A stretch of DNA of 64,000 bases from Planctomycetota bacterium (GCA_028281765.1 JANQJF010000072.1:4826-68825); one strand, 5' to 3'; shown: positions 22,710 to 32,824, numbered from the stretch's first letter. Notes: generated by a model not told the origin, from the letters alone. Program-made: numbers and translations.

Positions 22710-24326
22710 ATGTCCGCTCCCATTCGCGCACTCCTCGTAGCGCTGTCGCTCGCGTCGACCGCCGACGCCCAGGGCCCCGCCCCGGGCTTTCGGCTCTTCG
22801 GCCGGCTGAACTCGACCGAGACGCACCTCGTCGACACGGAGGGCACGGTCGTCCACACCTGGACCAGCGCGCACGTGCCGGGCACCGGGGTCTATCTCGA
22901 CGCCGACGGGACGCTGCTGCGCGCGATCTTCAGCGGCATCCCCACCCAGCTGCTCGGGGCCGGCGGAGCGGTCGAGCGCCTTGCGATGGATGGCACGGTG
23001 CTGTGGCGCTACGACTACGACGGTCCCGGCGTCATGAGCCACCACGACATCGAGCCGATGCCGAACGGCAACATCTTGCTGATCGCGTGGGAGGAGAAGT
23101 CGCTCAACGAAGCCGTGCTCGCGGGACGGAACCCGCAGCTCATGCTGCCCCCGGTGTTCCTCCCGGACCACGTAGTCGAAGTCCGACCGACCGGCCCCAC
23201 TTCCGGCGAGATCGTCTGGGAGTGGCACGTCTGGGACCACCTCGTGCAGGAGTTCGATCCGGAGCGCGAGAACTACGGGACCATCGCCGACCATCCCGAA
23301 CTCCTCGACATCAATTATCCGCCACTCATCGCGCCCGGCGGCGACTGGAACCACTGCAACTCGATCGATTACGACCCGGTGTACGATCGGATCATGCTGA
23401 GCGCGCGGGACCAGAACGAGATCTGGATCCTCGACCACAGCACCACGACGGCGGAGGCAGCGGGTCACACCGGCGGCAACTCGGGCAAGGGCGGTGACCT
23501 CATCTATCGCTGGGGCAACCCGGCCGCATACGGACGCGGCGACGCGAGCCACCAACAGCTCGTCGGTCAGCACGGGGCGATCTTCATCCCCGAGGGCTAC
23601 GCCGGCGCCGGCAACGTGCTGCTGTTCAACAACGGCACGGACAACCCCGGCTCATCCGAAGTGATCGAGCTCGTGCTACCCGACGACATGAACGGTCATT
23701 TCTCGCTCGCTCCCGGCGCGACGTTCGGACCCGCGGGCCCGATCTGGAGCTACGCGGCTCCGGACTTCGGCTCGAACTTCGTGTCGAACGCCGAGCGCCT
23801 GCCGAACGGGAACACGTTGATCTGCAGCGGCGTGCAGGGACGAATCTTCGAAGTCACGCCCGGCGGACAGGTCGTGTGGGAGAAACACGAGACGCCGTTC
23901 GTGTTCCATGCGCACTACGTCGGGCGCACGCTTTGGGCGGACGCGAGCACCCTGTCGATCGCGAGCGGCGGCACCGTGAGGTTCGATCTGATCGCCGGGA
24001 GCCAGTTCGCGGGCAACCCTCGCTGGCTGCTCGGATCGGTCACCGGGACATCGCCAGGGATCGAGCTCGACGGACTGCCGCTGCCGATCAACTTCGACGG
24101 CTACACGGCGACCACGATCACGCGGCCGAACCTGTTTCCGCTCGGCGGCTTCGCGGGCTCCCTCGAAGCGACCGGGCGCGGGGTCGCAACGTTCTCCCTG
24201 CCGGCCGGGATCCTGCCGACAGCGCTGGCAGGGATCGAGTTCGACCACGCGTTCGCCGTTCTGGATCCGACCTGGAGTGCCGTGGTCCACACGAGCAACG
24301 CCGCGCGGTTCGTGCTCGACTTCTGA
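22710..24326 (+). CDS. Secreted arylsulfotransferase (ASST)-family beta-propeller protein
   Basis: Signal peptide. Repeated beta-strand blocks with conserved H/N/D motifs (HHDIEPMPNGNILL; NHCNSIDYDP; ILDHST) that I recognise as ASST-like. The family assignment is from memory, not a search. Confidence 0.5.
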   Translation: MSAPIRALLVALSLASTADAQGPAPGFRLFGRLNSTETHLVDTEGTVVHTWTSAHVPGTGVYLDADGTLLRAIFSGIPTQLLGAGGAVERLAMDGTVLWRYDYDGPGVMSHHDIEPMPNGNILLIAWEEKSLNEAVLAGRNPQLMLPPVFLPDHVVEVRPTGPTSGEIVWEWHVWDHLVQEFDPERENYGTIADHPELLDINYPPLIAPGGDWNHCNSIDYDPVYDRIMLSARDQNEIWILDHSTTTAEAAGHTGGNSGKGGDLIYRWGNPAAYGRGDASHQQLVGQHGAIFIPEGYAGAGNVLLFNNGTDNPGSSEVIELVLPDDMNGHFSLAPGATFGPAGPIWSYAAPDFGSNFVSNAERLPNGNTLICSGVQGRIFEVTPGGQVVWEKHETPFVFHAHYVGRTLWADASTLSIASGGTVRFDLIAGSQFAGNPRWLLGSVTGTSPGIELDGLPLPINFDGYTATTITRPNLFPLGGFAGSLEATGRGVATFSLPAGILPTALAGIEFDHAFAVLDPTWSAVVHTSNAARFVLDF

Positions 24327-24447
24327 CCCCGGCGAGTCTCGCGTTCGGGCCCCGGCCGACGCGGCTCCGACCCGATTCGCAACTCTTGACCCACAGGATC
24401 TTGGGCCCAACGTGGGATCGACCGCCCAGATCTTGTAGGCTGCCGGG

Positions 24448-25122
24448 ATGCGCCCCAACCGCAACCACCAGCCCGTCCGCATCTACATGGTCGGCTCTCA
24501 CGCGACCGGGAAAACCACCCTGGCCCGCTGGGTCCGCGACACCTACGGGCTGCCGATGATCGCGGAGGTCGCGCGCGGGGTGCTCGCGGAGATGGAAGCG
24601 CAACTCGACGCACTGCGGTCCGACGTCGACCTCGTCGGCCGCTACCAGTTCCAGGTCTTCGAACGCCAGATCGAGGCCGAGCAAAACGTCCAGGGTTCGT
24701 TCGTTTCGGATCGCGCGTTCTGCAACCTCGCGTATGCGGCGCACCACGCGACGATCATGCCGGACATCTTCCGCGATCCGCGCCTCGCGTCGTACATGGA
24801 CTGGGTGCGCAACGGCCTCGTGTTCTTCCTGCGGCCGCACAAGGAGCTCGTCGTCGCGGATGGCGTGCGTGCGGGTCTCGAGTGGGAAGAAGTCGTGCGC
24901 ATCGACGGGATGGTGAAGCTCCTGCTCGAGATGTTCGGCATCCCCTACATCCCGGTCGAGTCCCTGGCGATGCAGGAGAGAGTGCGACTCATGCAGCGCG
25001 TGCTCGCGCTGGCCGGCGTCGAGGAAGAGGACGTCTTCATGCCGCCCAAGTCCAACGGCGACTCGAACAACGCGACGATCGAGCGGACCGTCAACGGCGA
25101 AACCGCGGTCCGCGAATCCTGA
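24448..25122 (+). CDS. P-loop NTPase, AAA_28/NadR-like small-molecule kinase family
   Basis: Walker A immediately after the N-terminus (MVGSHATGKTTLA). The size and arrangement resemble NadR-type ribosylnicotinamide kinase domains. Confidence 0.6.
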   Translation: MRPNRNHQPVRIYMVGSHATGKTTLARWVRDTYGLPMIAEVARGVLAEMEAQLDALRSDVDLVGRYQFQVFERQIEAEQNVQGSFVSDRAFCNLAYAAHHATIMPDIFRDPRLASYMDWVRNGLVFFLRPHKELVVADGVRAGLEWEEVVRIDGMVKLLLEMFGIPYIPVESLAMQERVRLMQRVLALAGVEEEDVFMPPKSNGDSNNATIERTVNGETAVRES

Positions 25123-25125
25123 TCC

Positions 25126-25536
25126 GTGGGCTCGGTCGAGCGGCTACCGTTCCAGACTGCAGGTCGAGGACTCGTCGAGATCACGACCGATGTCGACCGC
25201 TGCGTGCGGACGATCGGGATCGATCAGGGCCTGTGCACGGTCTTCGTGCAGCACACCTCGGCCAGCCTTGTGATCCAGGAGAATGCCGACCCGTCCGCCG
25301 CGCGCGACCTCGAACGGTGGCTCGAGCGGCTCGTGCCGGACGGGGATCCGTTCTACACCCACACCGCCGAGGGTCCCGACGACATGCCGAGCCACGTCAA
25401 AGGAGCGCTGACCTGCACGTCGATCGCGATCCCGATCCTCGGTGCGCGCCTCGGCCTCGGAACCTGGCAGGGCCTGTTCCTGTGGGAACACCGCTTGCGC
25501 GGTAGCCGGCGAAACGTTCTCGTGCACGTCGCGTGA
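25126..25536 (+). CDS. yjbQ: YjbQ/UPF0047 family protein (secondary thiamine-phosphate synthase-like)
   Basis: Conserved YjbQ blocks (TSASL.IQENADP; DMPSHVKGAL). GTG start 4 nt after the upstream stop. Confidence 0.8.
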   Translation: MGSVERLPFQTAGRGLVEITTDVDRCVRTIGIDQGLCTVFVQHTSASLVIQENADPSAARDLERWLERLVPDGDPFYTHTAEGPDDMPSHVKGALTCTSIAIPILGARLGLGTWQGLFLWEHRLRGSRRNVLVHVA

Positions 25537-26579
25537 CCGCCCTCTTCCCTCCCGATTCGAACCCACCCGAAGGCACCCTTCCGCTGGATCGGCGCGGCGT
25601 CCTCCACGGTTTCGTCGACGCGACCACACCGGTGTCGAGCAGCACGGCTCTGGCCGACGACTGGAACGCGGGACGTCCGATTCGCCGGCGCGCCGGCCTG
25701 GAGCCCGCGGCCAGCGAATTCCGGGAGTGGATCGAGGCGGGGGTCGCCACGTTCGAACGGCTCCGGGACGGCGGTCGCTGGCTCGAGGAATGCGAAGCCC
25801 GACTCGAAGATTGCGTCGAGTTCGTCTACGCGGGAAGCACGGTCGACCACTCGGACGCCCGCGAGATCGAGCGTCTGTTCGTCGACGTGATGCCGGAGCG
25901 TGGTCGAAAGCCGATCGCGCGCGATATCACGGCACGCCTGAGCTGGATCGCGGACGACGAGACGGACCTGTCGATGCGCGCGCGGTTCTCGTTCGGTCAT
26001 GAGAGCCTGAAGGAGTGGCTCGATCCAACCGATGATCGATGGCGCTGGGCCGATCACCTGGCCGAGAGCGTGTTTCCAGAGTGCGCGGTGCTGAGCGAGT
26101 GTGACCTACTGTCGGAACTCGAGTCGATCCACGGCGGTCCGCTCCGCTGCAGCGAGCGAATCGTGTACTCCAACGCACCCGGCGGCGGCGCGGTGTTCCA
26201 CCACGATGCGGATCCGGCACAACGGGGAGTCTTGTTCGGTCAGCTCGCGGGCCAGACCGCGTGGCTGGCGCTTCCGAAGTCCGAATTGGCGGCCGCAGTC
26301 GCGGGTGCGGACGGCTCGCGCTTCGGATCGACCGAGGAAGCGCTAGGTGCTCTCGACAAGGTCGACGAGCAGCTCTGGACGCTGCTCAACATGACCCCGG
26401 AGTTCACGGCGCACCTCGCCGAAGCAGGCGCACTGTTCGTGCTGTCACCGGGCGACGCGCTCGTCCTGCCCTCGCCAAACGAGAGCGCGGTCGCGTGGCA
26501 CAGCGTGTTCGCACTCGGTGAGAGCGCGAGTCTCGCCCACAGCTACGGCCTCTTCGACGCCCCTACCGAATCGGAGTGA
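25533..26579 (+). CDS. Hypothetical protein, possible cupin/JmjC-like fold
   Basis: GTG start overlaps the yjbQ stop. Contains a HHD...(W)H pattern (AVFHHDAD ... WHSVF) suggestive of a 2-His-1-carboxylate cupin, which is weak evidence. Confidence 0.45.
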   Translation: MTALFPPDSNPPEGTLPLDRRGVLHGFVDATTPVSSSTALADDWNAGRPIRRRAGLEPAASEFREWIEAGVATFERLRDGGRWLEECEARLEDCVEFVYAGSTVDHSDAREIERLFVDVMPERGRKPIARDITARLSWIADDETDLSMRARFSFGHESLKEWLDPTDDRWRWADHLAESVFPECAVLSECDLLSELESIHGGPLRCSERIVYSNAPGGGAVFHHDADPAQRGVLFGQLAGQTAWLALPKSELAAAVAGADGSRFGSTEEALGALDKVDEQLWTLLNMTPEFTAHLAEAGALFVLSPGDALVLPSPNESAVAWHSVFALGESASLAHSYGLFDAPTESE

Positions 26580-28338
26580 CGCGCATCCGCTGGCGCAGCT
26601 TGAAGCGCGTGCGGTCGACGGTCACGACACCCGCATCGCCGAGGTCGCGGAACGCGCCCGCGGTCAGGCCGCCTCGGTGCACGAACTTGCTGCGATCCGT
26701 GCGCGGCAGGTAGAGATCACCGCCGTGCTTCGTCTCGCTCGCTCGTCGCTGGACGCTCGGCACGCTCGACACGTCCACGTCGACGCGAGCGCCGAGCCCT
26801 GCCATCGTGTCGTGCACGACGACGCTCGCAAAGAGGCCGGAGAACGTGCTCACTACGACCGGGTCCGACGCGGAAGCCTCCTGCGCGATCTCGACGTTGA
26901 TGTCCTGAGTCGCCGAGCTCTCGAGACCACGCAGCACGAAGTGCGGGCGTCCGAGCACCACCGGCGCGGTCACGCGATGCAGCGCGCGCGCTTCGCCTCG
27001 ACTCGCGGTTCTCGCGAACACCCGCTCGGCCGACGGCTCGACCGCATCGAGCAAGGTCTCGAATTCGCAGGACGCGGTGCGCAGCCACTGGTCATGGATC
27101 GTGACGAGCGCCTGCTCGACGAGCTGTCGCTGCTGGGCTTCTCCGATCGCGAACACGAACCCGCCGGATGCGCTGAGCTCGATCAATCCCTCTTCGAGTG
27201 CCGGCTCGACGACGTGCGACAACATCTCGATCAGCGTGCCGACGTCGAGCACGCTCGTCGTGCTGGAATCGAATTCGTCCGTGTGAAGCGGGAAGATCGA
27301 ATCGCTCGAGCCCCCGTCACCGTCGTGATTGGCGTCGGCATGCACGAGATCGGTCAACGAATAGCTCGTGAGCGCCGAGCATGGCAACACCGAGAGCGGC
27401 GGGTTGCTGCCCATCGCGCGCTGCCCCGTACGTCGGGCCTCGATCGCGAGGACATAGCTCGAACCCGCGTGCGCCGCTCCACCGACGTGCACCAGGAGCG
27501 CGCCGCCGTCCTCGACTCGGCCAGAAAACGACGCGTGGTTGTTCTGCACGACCGGAACGTCGAGAGCGTTCATGTCGGAGATCCCGCTCGAACGAGCAGC
27601 CATCTCGTCGTGGAGCTCGCCAAAGACGCCGTGGCAGTACATCGCCAGATCGGAGGAGCCGGGGAGCGCGTGTGGCTCGACGAGCACGTGCGCCCCTTCG
27701 AAGATCGAGCGGATCTCCGGATCGGCGATGCTCTGGTCCTGTGCGACCTCGACGTCGCTGTCGCGCACGTACTTCGTGAATCGGGACTGAGACAGACTCG
27801 TCGGCTGGCCGGATCGGGTCGCCGACCGCGACGACCAGAGCTCCCGCAACCGCGGACGCAGCTGCGCGAGCCGCCCCGGCGGCAGCACGGTCTCGAATCG
27901 CTCGCCTTCGTCTACTTCGAAGAGATGGGCCTCGATCTCGATCGGACGTGCGATGGCGTCGTCGATCGCAGCGACGACGTCCATGGCCGTATCGACGTGC
28001 GCGCGTGGCCCGGAGAGGACCAGGCGTGAGCCGATCACCGCGAGTCGCGTGACGTCGGGCGCCATGTCATCGGTCTGGCCGAGATGCATCCGAATCTGGT
28101 CCAAGACGAAGTCCGGATGCATCGATCGCTCCGAGTCGGTGCGGATCGGGCTGTCTTCGCGCCCGCCTTCATGGGCGCCGAGCATCGAGCCGAACGGCGG
28201 GATCGTCAGCGGCACGCGCATCCCGACGACATCGCTGATCGGCATCGATCGCATGACGCGATCGTCCGACTGATCTTGGGCGCCGAGAGGCGCGACGAGA
28301 ATCGCCGCAAGAAGGTAGCTCGAGTAGTGACTCTTCAT
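26563..28338 (-). CDS. Hypothetical secreted protein (about 590 aa), downstream of the ECF sigma/anti-sigma pair
   Basis: Signal peptide MKSHYSSYLLAAILVAPLGAQDQ. No recognisable domain. The antisense ORF 26518-28029(+) is rejected. Confidence 0.55.
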   Translation of the reverse strand: MKSHYSSYLLAAILVAPLGAQDQSDDRVMRSMPISDVVGMRVPLTIPPFGSMLGAHEGGREDSPIRTDSERSMHPDFVLDQIRMHLGQTDDMAPDVTRLAVIGSRLVLSGPRAHVDTAMDVVAAIDDAIARPIEIEAHLFEVDEGERFETVLPPGRLAQLRPRLRELWSSRSATRSGQPTSLSQSRFTKYVRDSDVEVAQDQSIADPEIRSIFEGAHVLVEPHALPGSSDLAMYCHGVFGELHDEMAARSSGISDMNALDVPVVQNNHASFSGRVEDGGALLVHVGGAAHAGSSYVLAIEARRTGQRAMGSNPPLSVLPCSALTSYSLTDLVHADANHDGDGGSSDSIFPLHTDEFDSSTTSVLDVGTLIEMLSHVVEPALEEGLIELSASGGFVFAIGEAQQRQLVEQALVTIHDQWLRTASCEFETLLDAVEPSAERVFARTASRGEARALHRVTAPVVLGRPHFVLRGLESSATQDINVEIAQEASASDPVVVSTFSGLFASVVVHDTMAGLGARVDVDVSSVPSVQRRASETKHGGDLYLPRTDRSKFVHRGGLTAGAFRDLGDAGVVTVDRTRFKLRQRMRVTPIR

Positions 28339-28375
28339 CGTCTCCTCGTTCGGCATGGCGCCGCGTGTCGATCGG

Positions 28376-29848
28376 TCACTCGTCGCTCAAACTCGAGTGA
28401 CCACGCCGCCCCCGGAACAGGGACGCAGCGATCTTGAATTGCTGTTCGTTGAACCCACCGGCGAGCAAGAAGAGATGCTCCTCGAGCGAGAGACGCATCG
28501 CAGCCAAGCGGGCTGCCACCTCGGCATCGCGCCGACACGCCAGCGCGGTGACGCGCAGGTACTCCCGCCGCAGCGGCCGTGCGTCCAGGTCATCGGCACC
28601 GGACTCGAACTGCCCCAGGGCGAAGGCCGCCAACAGCGCATCATCTTGACTCGCGCCTTCGACGACTTCGATCAGGGCTTCGCTCGCCGACGCGTCGGCG
28701 CGCGCAGCGAGCCCCAGCATGCAGATTCGCCGGTCGTCCGCGCCGCGGCTGCGGCGCAAGAGCTCGACGAGCTCGGACGTACAGCTCGCGGGCTGCGGAA
28801 CGAACCACTGCACGGCGAGCTCGAACTCGTCCGCGATCGCGCCGCGAACTCGGAGCTCCTCGAACAGCCGGACGATCAAGGCCGCGCGACCCGGCCGATG
28901 CGTCACCCGAGTCATGGCGCCGACGACTGCATCGGATTCGGCGAGGTCTCCGCGCACGCGACGCCGGATCCGGCGATCGATCGTGCTACCCCCGACGATC
29001 GCGGCCGCCGCCAGCATCTCGTCATCCGCGATCACGACCGCGGAGCCGAGCCGGCTCACGACCGTGACGTGATTACGGACAGCATCGACGACCTCGTCGA
29101 GCCCCTCGCCGCGCCAGCCGGCGACGCGAGCCGCGATCGCGGGCAGCGCTCGTCGCGAATCGCCGGCGAGCAGGCGCTGGAACGCGTCGACCTTCAGGTC
29201 TGCCGACGCCACTTCCGCATCGGCGCGAAGCTGCTCTCTCGTGCGCGGCAGCCCGAGCGCGACGGCCCGCATCCACGCGTTGGCGACGCAGGCGGTGTCG
29301 ACTTCGGACGGGGATGCGACGCGCGGCGTCGCCCGCCCCCGAACCTCGCTCGGCGCACGCGGCGACCGCCGCGGAAGCGCGATCAGATCACGAGGAGGCG
29401 GCGGCAAGACCTGTTGAGGAACGACCTCCACGATCTCCGGCTCGATGACGGGCTCGGGCATCGGCGCCGTTTCGGGCGGCGAGTGCAGAAGCTGAGAGAA
29501 CACGTAGCCCGCGGCAACGCACGCAGCGGCACCGAGCGGCAACCACCATCGCCGGGCACCGCGCTCGGGCACGGTCTCGGTCGGCTCGAATCGCTGCGCG
29601 ACCGTCGCGAACCAGGCGTCCGCGACGTCGTCATCCAGATCCGTATCCGTCGAGCTCGCGACGAGCGCGTCCAGACGTCGCGCCGACGCCATCGCCAACG
29701 CACACTCGTCGCAGTCTCCGCGGTGCGCTGCGAGTTCGTCGGCCGTGTACGAATTCACCCAGCCGTCGACCTCGATCTCGATCGGCAGCGTGTCACCGTC
29801 GAGGAAGTGCGCGAGGATCGCGTCCGTGAACTGGCAAGAGGCGTTCAT
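28376..29848 (-). CDS. Zinc-finger (ZAS-type) anti-sigma factor with TM helix and about 330-aa periplasmic/helical C-terminal domain
   Basis: HxxxCxxC motif (HRGDCDEC) near the N-terminus. TM WWLPLGAAACVAAGYVF. Start ATG overlaps the sigma gene stop (ATGA). The longer ORF-track N-terminus (to 30571) is the sigma gene read out of frame. Confidence 0.7.
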   Translation of the reverse strand: MNASCQFTDAILAHFLDGDTLPIEIEVDGWVNSYTADELAAHRGDCDECALAMASARRLDALVASSTDTDLDDDVADAWFATVAQRFEPTETVPERGARRWWLPLGAAACVAAGYVFSQLLHSPPETAPMPEPVIEPEIVEVVPQQVLPPPPRDLIALPRRSPRAPSEVRGRATPRVASPSEVDTACVANAWMRAVALGLPRTREQLRADAEVASADLKVDAFQRLLAGDSRRALPAIAARVAGWRGEGLDEVVDAVRNHVTVVSRLGSAVVIADDEMLAAAAIVGGSTIDRRIRRRVRGDLAESDAVVGAMTRVTHRPGRAALIVRLFEELRVRGAIADEFELAVQWFVPQPASCTSELVELLRRSRGADDRRICMLGLAARADASASEALIEVVEGASQDDALLAAFALGQFESGADDLDARPLRREYLRVTALACRRDAEVAARLAAMRLSLEEHLFLLAGGFNEQQFKIAASLFRGRRGHSSLSDE

Positions 29849-30435
29849 ACGTCGAGATGCCTCCCCATCCGGGCCATCACCTTGCGGCGCGCGCCGAGCA
29901 CGAGCATGCGCGCTGCGACCGCCGTGCAATCGAGCGAACGCGCGATCGCGCGGTAGTCCATGCCCTCGACGGCACGCAGGTGGAACGCCGCGCGCTGGCG
30001 CGGCGTGAGACGCTCGAGAGCCTCTTCGAGCCGATCGCGCAGCTCGCGTTCGACGACCCGATCCTCGGGCGTCGCGCTCATAGAGTCCGGAATCTCGATC
30101 TCCAGCGGACCGGCTTTCTCGCCGCGCCGCCAGCGGCTCGGCTCCTTGGACAGACGCACCAGGATCCGGATCAACCAGGTGCGCAGGCCGGAGTCGCCGC
30201 GGAACTTGTCGAGCCCGCGGAACGCCCGCACCAGGGTCTCCTGGACGAGATCCTCGGCCCAATGCTGTTCTCCGGTGATCCGCCGTGCGAGAGCGGACAA
30301 CGCGCCGAGCTGGGGCCGCATCAAATCCTGGAACGAGGCCCGCCGATCGCCGGCCCGGAACCGAGCGAGAGCAGCGCTTTCCGCGTCGCTCAGGTGGCGT
30401 GTTTCCAAGGGCTTGCGGGTCTCGGGAGGACGCAT
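29845..30435 (-). CDS. ECF (group IV) RNA polymerase sigma-70 factor
   Basis: Region 2 (LVQETLVRAFRGLDKFRGDSGLRTWL) and region 4 (TPRQRAAFHLRAVEGMDYRAIARSLDCT) blocks. Confidence 0.85.
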   Translation of the reverse strand: MRPPETRKPLETRHLSDAESAALARFRAGDRRASFQDLMRPQLGALSALARRITGEQHWAEDLVQETLVRAFRGLDKFRGDSGLRTWLIRILVRLSKEPSRWRRGEKAGPLEIEIPDSMSATPEDRVVERELRDRLEEALERLTPRQRAAFHLRAVEGMDYRAIARSLDCTAVAARMLVLGARRKVMARMGRHLDV

Positions 30436-30569
30436 GGTACGGGGACTTAGAGCCGGCGCCGGAAGGCTGCGTAAGCCTCGAGTTTCCCAAAAACCGGGGC
30501 TGGATGTAGGGCCGAAACACCCTGCCCCGTAATGAATACTGTCGATTCCCCCAAGAAGGACAGCGACCC

Positions 30570-31136
30570 ATGGATTCGATCTATCTGGTTTGTGCCATCG
30601 CTGGCGGATCCCTCGTGGTTCTGCAGTTCGTTCTCTCTCTGCTCGGTGGTGACACCGACACCGCGTTCGACGGGGATCTCGACGGCGGTTTCGACCACGA
30701 CGGGTTCGACGGCGACGCCGGCGACGCCTTCGTCAAGCTGCTCTCGATCAAGACAGTCGTCGCGGGCATCGCCTTCTTCGGCGTCGGCGGCTACGCCTCA
30801 CGGCAGTTCGGACTGTCCCCGATGGCCAGCGCCGGCATCGCCAGCGGCGCCGGCCTCGCGGCCGTCTACATCATGGCACAGATCATGGCGGCCCTCGGCC
30901 GCCTGCAGTCGCGCGGCAACGTCGACCTGCAGAACGCCCTCGGCACGGAGGCCAAGTGCTACCTCCGCATCCCGGCGAAGGGCACCGGCACCGGCCGCGT
31001 CACCGTGACGCTGCAAGGCCGCCAGATCGAGTGCAAGGCCGTCTCGAACGGCGGCGAGATCCCGACGGGCGCCATCGTCAGGGTGCTCTCGCTGCGCAAC
31101 CCTACCACGTTGGAGGTCGCCGGGATCACCAGCTGA
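30570..31136 (+). CDS. NfeD-family membrane protein (short form, OB-fold C-terminus)
   Basis: Two N-terminal TM helices and a C-terminal beta-rich domain. AGGA ribosome-binding site 9 nt upstream. Immediately precedes flotillin, which is the classic NfeD-SPFH pairing. Confidence 0.7.
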   Translation: MDSIYLVCAIAGGSLVVLQFVLSLLGGDTDTAFDGDLDGGFDHDGFDGDAGDAFVKLLSIKTVVAGIAFFGVGGYASRQFGLSPMASAGIASGAGLAAVYIMAQIMAALGRLQSRGNVDLQNALGTEAKCYLRIPAKGTGTGRVTVTLQGRQIECKAVSNGGEIPTGAIVRVLSLRNPTTLEVAGITS

Positions 31137-31183
31137 ACCGGCGACTGCCCACACAGATCACCCCTCAGGAGTAAGGAGTCTCC

Positions 31184-32818
31184 ATGCCCGACGGCAACGC
31201 AACGCTGATTTTCGGCATCGTCCTCGCCGTCTTGATCGCGATCAGTTTTCTGATCCTGCTGGTCAAGCGATACAAGCGATGCCCGAGTAACCGGATTCTC
31301 GTCATCTATGGTCGCGTCAAAGAAGGCCGATCCGCTCGCTGTCTGCACGGTGGCGGCGCGTTCGTCTGGCCCCTGATCCAAGACTACGACTACCTGTCTC
31401 TCGACCCGATGCAAATCGAAGTGCCGCTCCGCGGCGCGCTGTCGGCCGAGAACATTCGCGTCAACGTGCCGAGTGTGTTCACCGTCGCGGTGTCCACTCA
31501 GACGGGCGTCATGCAGAACGCCGCCGAACGTCTGCTGGGACTGAAGCCGGCCGAAATCAGCAAGCAAGCCGAGGACATCATCTTCGGTCAGCTCCGTCAG
31601 GTCATCGCCTCGATGGCCATCGAAGACATCAACCGCGACCGCGACAAGTTCCTCGAGAGCATCCACCAGTCGCTCGCACCCGAACTCGAGAAGATCGGAC
31701 TCGTCCTGATCAACGTGAACATCACGGACATCACCGACGAGTCGGGATACATCGAGGCGATCGGTCGGAAGGCCGCGTCGGAAGCGATCCAGCAGGCCGA
31801 GATCGACGTCGCCGAACAGCAGAAGAAGGGCGCCATCGGCGTCGCGGCGGCGCAGCAGGAGCAGGCGATTCAGGTCGCTCAAGCCGAGCGCACGCGAGAC
31901 GTCGGCACGAAGGAAGCCGAGCGGGATCGCTTGGTCCGTGTCGCGGAGCTCGAAAAGGACGCGACCGTCGGTCAGCAGCAAGCGAACTTCGAGCAGGAAG
32001 CCAAGGTCAAGGACGCAGAGCGCGACATGCGTATTCGCGTCGCGGAAGCCAACGCGAACGCCGTCACCGGTGAGAACCAGTCCAAGGCGCAGATCGCCGA
32101 CGCGGACGCGACCCTGAAGATCAAGGAAGCCGACGCGTTCCAGAGCGCGGCGACCCGCCAACGCGAAGCGGACGCGGCCGTGCGCGAAGCGCAGTACAAG
32201 GCAGAAGCGAAGGCCGCGGAAGCGCTCGCCGAGAAGATCGAGAAGGAGCAACGCGCCGAACTCGAGGCGACGGCGAAGGCCGAGAAGGCCAAGCAGATCG
32301 TCGACGCTGAAGGTGCCGCCGAGCAGCGCAAGATCGCGGCCGATGCGGAAGCGGTCGAGATCTTCGCCAAGCTCGACGCGCAAGCGCGCGGTGAGTATGA
32401 GATCCTCGCCAAGAAGGCGGACGGTTTGCAGCGCATCGTCGACAGCTGTGGCGGCGCGCAGCAGGCGTTCCAGATGCTCATGCTCGAGCAGCTGCCGCAG
32501 CTCTCCGAAACCGCCTCGAAGGCGATCTCGAACATCAAGTTCGACAAGGTCGTTGTCTGGGACGGCGCCAACGGCGAAAGCGGCGGCGCGACTTCGGGCT
32601 TCCTGAAGAACATCGCGAACAGCCTGCCTCCGATGCTGCACATGATGCGCGACGTCGGTGGCGTCGAGATGCCGGAGTTCTTCGGCAAGCTGATCGACGA
32701 GTCGAAGGGCGACAAGCCGAGCGCCGCCGCGAAGCCGGAAGTCACGGCTTCGACGCCCAAGCCGAAGCGCGGCCCCGCGAAGGGCAAGCCGTCGGGCCCG
32801 GACGCGAGCGCGAGCTAG
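31184..32818 (+). CDS. Flotillin-like SPFH/band-7 protein (FloT/YqiK type) with long Ala/Glu/Lys coiled-coil
   Basis: N-terminal TM, SPFH domain blocks, then an extensive EA-repeat coiled coil. Confidence 0.85.
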   Translation: MPDGNATLIFGIVLAVLIAISFLILLVKRYKRCPSNRILVIYGRVKEGRSARCLHGGGAFVWPLIQDYDYLSLDPMQIEVPLRGALSAENIRVNVPSVFTVAVSTQTGVMQNAAERLLGLKPAEISKQAEDIIFGQLRQVIASMAIEDINRDRDKFLESIHQSLAPELEKIGLVLINVNITDITDESGYIEAIGRKAASEAIQQAEIDVAEQQKKGAIGVAAAQQEQAIQVAQAERTRDVGTKEAERDRLVRVAELEKDATVGQQQANFEQEAKVKDAERDMRIRVAEANANAVTGENQSKAQIADADATLKIKEADAFQSAATRQREADAAVREAQYKAEAKAAEALAEKIEKEQRAELEATAKAEKAKQIVDAEGAAEQRKIAADAEAVEIFAKLDAQARGEYEILAKKADGLQRIVDSCGGAQQAFQMLMLEQLPQLSETASKAISNIKFDKVVVWDGANGESGGATSGFLKNIANSLPPMLHMMRDVGGVEMPEFFGKLIDESKGDKPSAAAKPEVTASTPKPKRGPAKGKPSGPDASAS

Positions 32819-32824
32819 GCCCCG

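Noticed and set aside
26518-29956. Long plus-strand ORFs (26518-28029 and 28355-29956) across the secreted-protein and anti-sigma genes
   Set aside because: They are antisense to minus-strand genes that have a signal peptide, a ZAS motif, and ATGA coupling to the sigma factor. The products are Arg-rich with no motifs.
28376-30571. 731-aa ORF as a single anti-sigma gene
   Set aside because: Its first 241 codons are the sigma-factor gene read in another frame. The real anti-sigma starts at the ATG overlapping the sigma stop.
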